Positions 63,573 through 64,000 of a stretch of 64,000 bases of DNA are shown piece after piece. Made by a program: the position numbers and the translations under genes. Below the pieces are notes generated by a model. That model worked only from the letters and a program-made list of their open reading frames with translations. It was not told where the DNA came from and did not search any database. The stretch's first letter is position 1, and each line of letters begins with the position of its first letter. The DNA is from Octopus sinensis (lineage: Eukaryota). The stretch spans positions 118,482,001 to 118,546,000 of the forward strand of contig NC_042997.1 of assembly GCF_006345805.1 (NCBI RefSeq). The letters are read 5' to 3'.

Positions 63573-63956
63573 TTTTAACGTTTACTAAAACACATGCATC
63601 CTAATCTTCCAAAGACGTTTTTCCATGGAATAATATTGAATTTTAAAAGCTTAAAGACACTATGATGTATTGGTATACTTATTTATTAATTTTTGTATAT
63701 ATTTATTATTTTTTCGAAAAACATTATAATTTTCTTTCCCCTTCCTCATCTTAAAAAAAAATTTCCCCTTCCTCATCTTGAAAATTTGCCTTGCCATGAA
63801 AGCTAGTTTGATTTTCTTTTTTAATCTTTCTTACTCCCATTTATATTAAAATTTGAATTCAGTTTAGCATTCTGCCTTATCATTATTATTTGTTCTTTTC
63901 CTATAATTTCTCCGCGTGCGGTTAACACAACCCCACCATTTACTGCCTTATATATA

Positions 63957-64000
<44 letters not shown>

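Overview
AT-rich, microsatellite-dense animal genomic DNA that appears wholly intronic or intergenic. I could not support any host protein-coding gene. Almost all listed ORFs are translations of (TA)n, (CA)n, (AAT)n or (ATCT)n tracts or of decayed transposons. The SINE families resemble the tRNA-derived SINEs of octopus, so an Octopus/coleoid genome is inferred (not verified). Recognisable content: three tRNA-derived SINE families (here A, B, C); 5'-truncated REL-endonuclease non-LTR elements (R4/Dong-like) beside (AAT)n tracts; a young CR1-group LINE in two copies; at least four Penelope-like (PLE) RT or GIY-YIG fragments; Tc1 and mariner remnants; hAT- and Tigger-like MITEs; and a non-autonomous Helitron. 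The best lead is a set of non-coding, (TA)n-flanked elements carrying hammerhead ribozymes. The element at 241-1096 has a textbook type I hammerhead at 497-592 (minus strand). An apparently non-homologous element at 36350-37232 has the same ~1.6-mer tandem architecture and a variant core. Both fit retrozyme-like or PLE-mobilised circular-RNA elements. All assignments are by-eye motif recognition; no searches or folding were run, and boundaries are approximate unless stated to the base.
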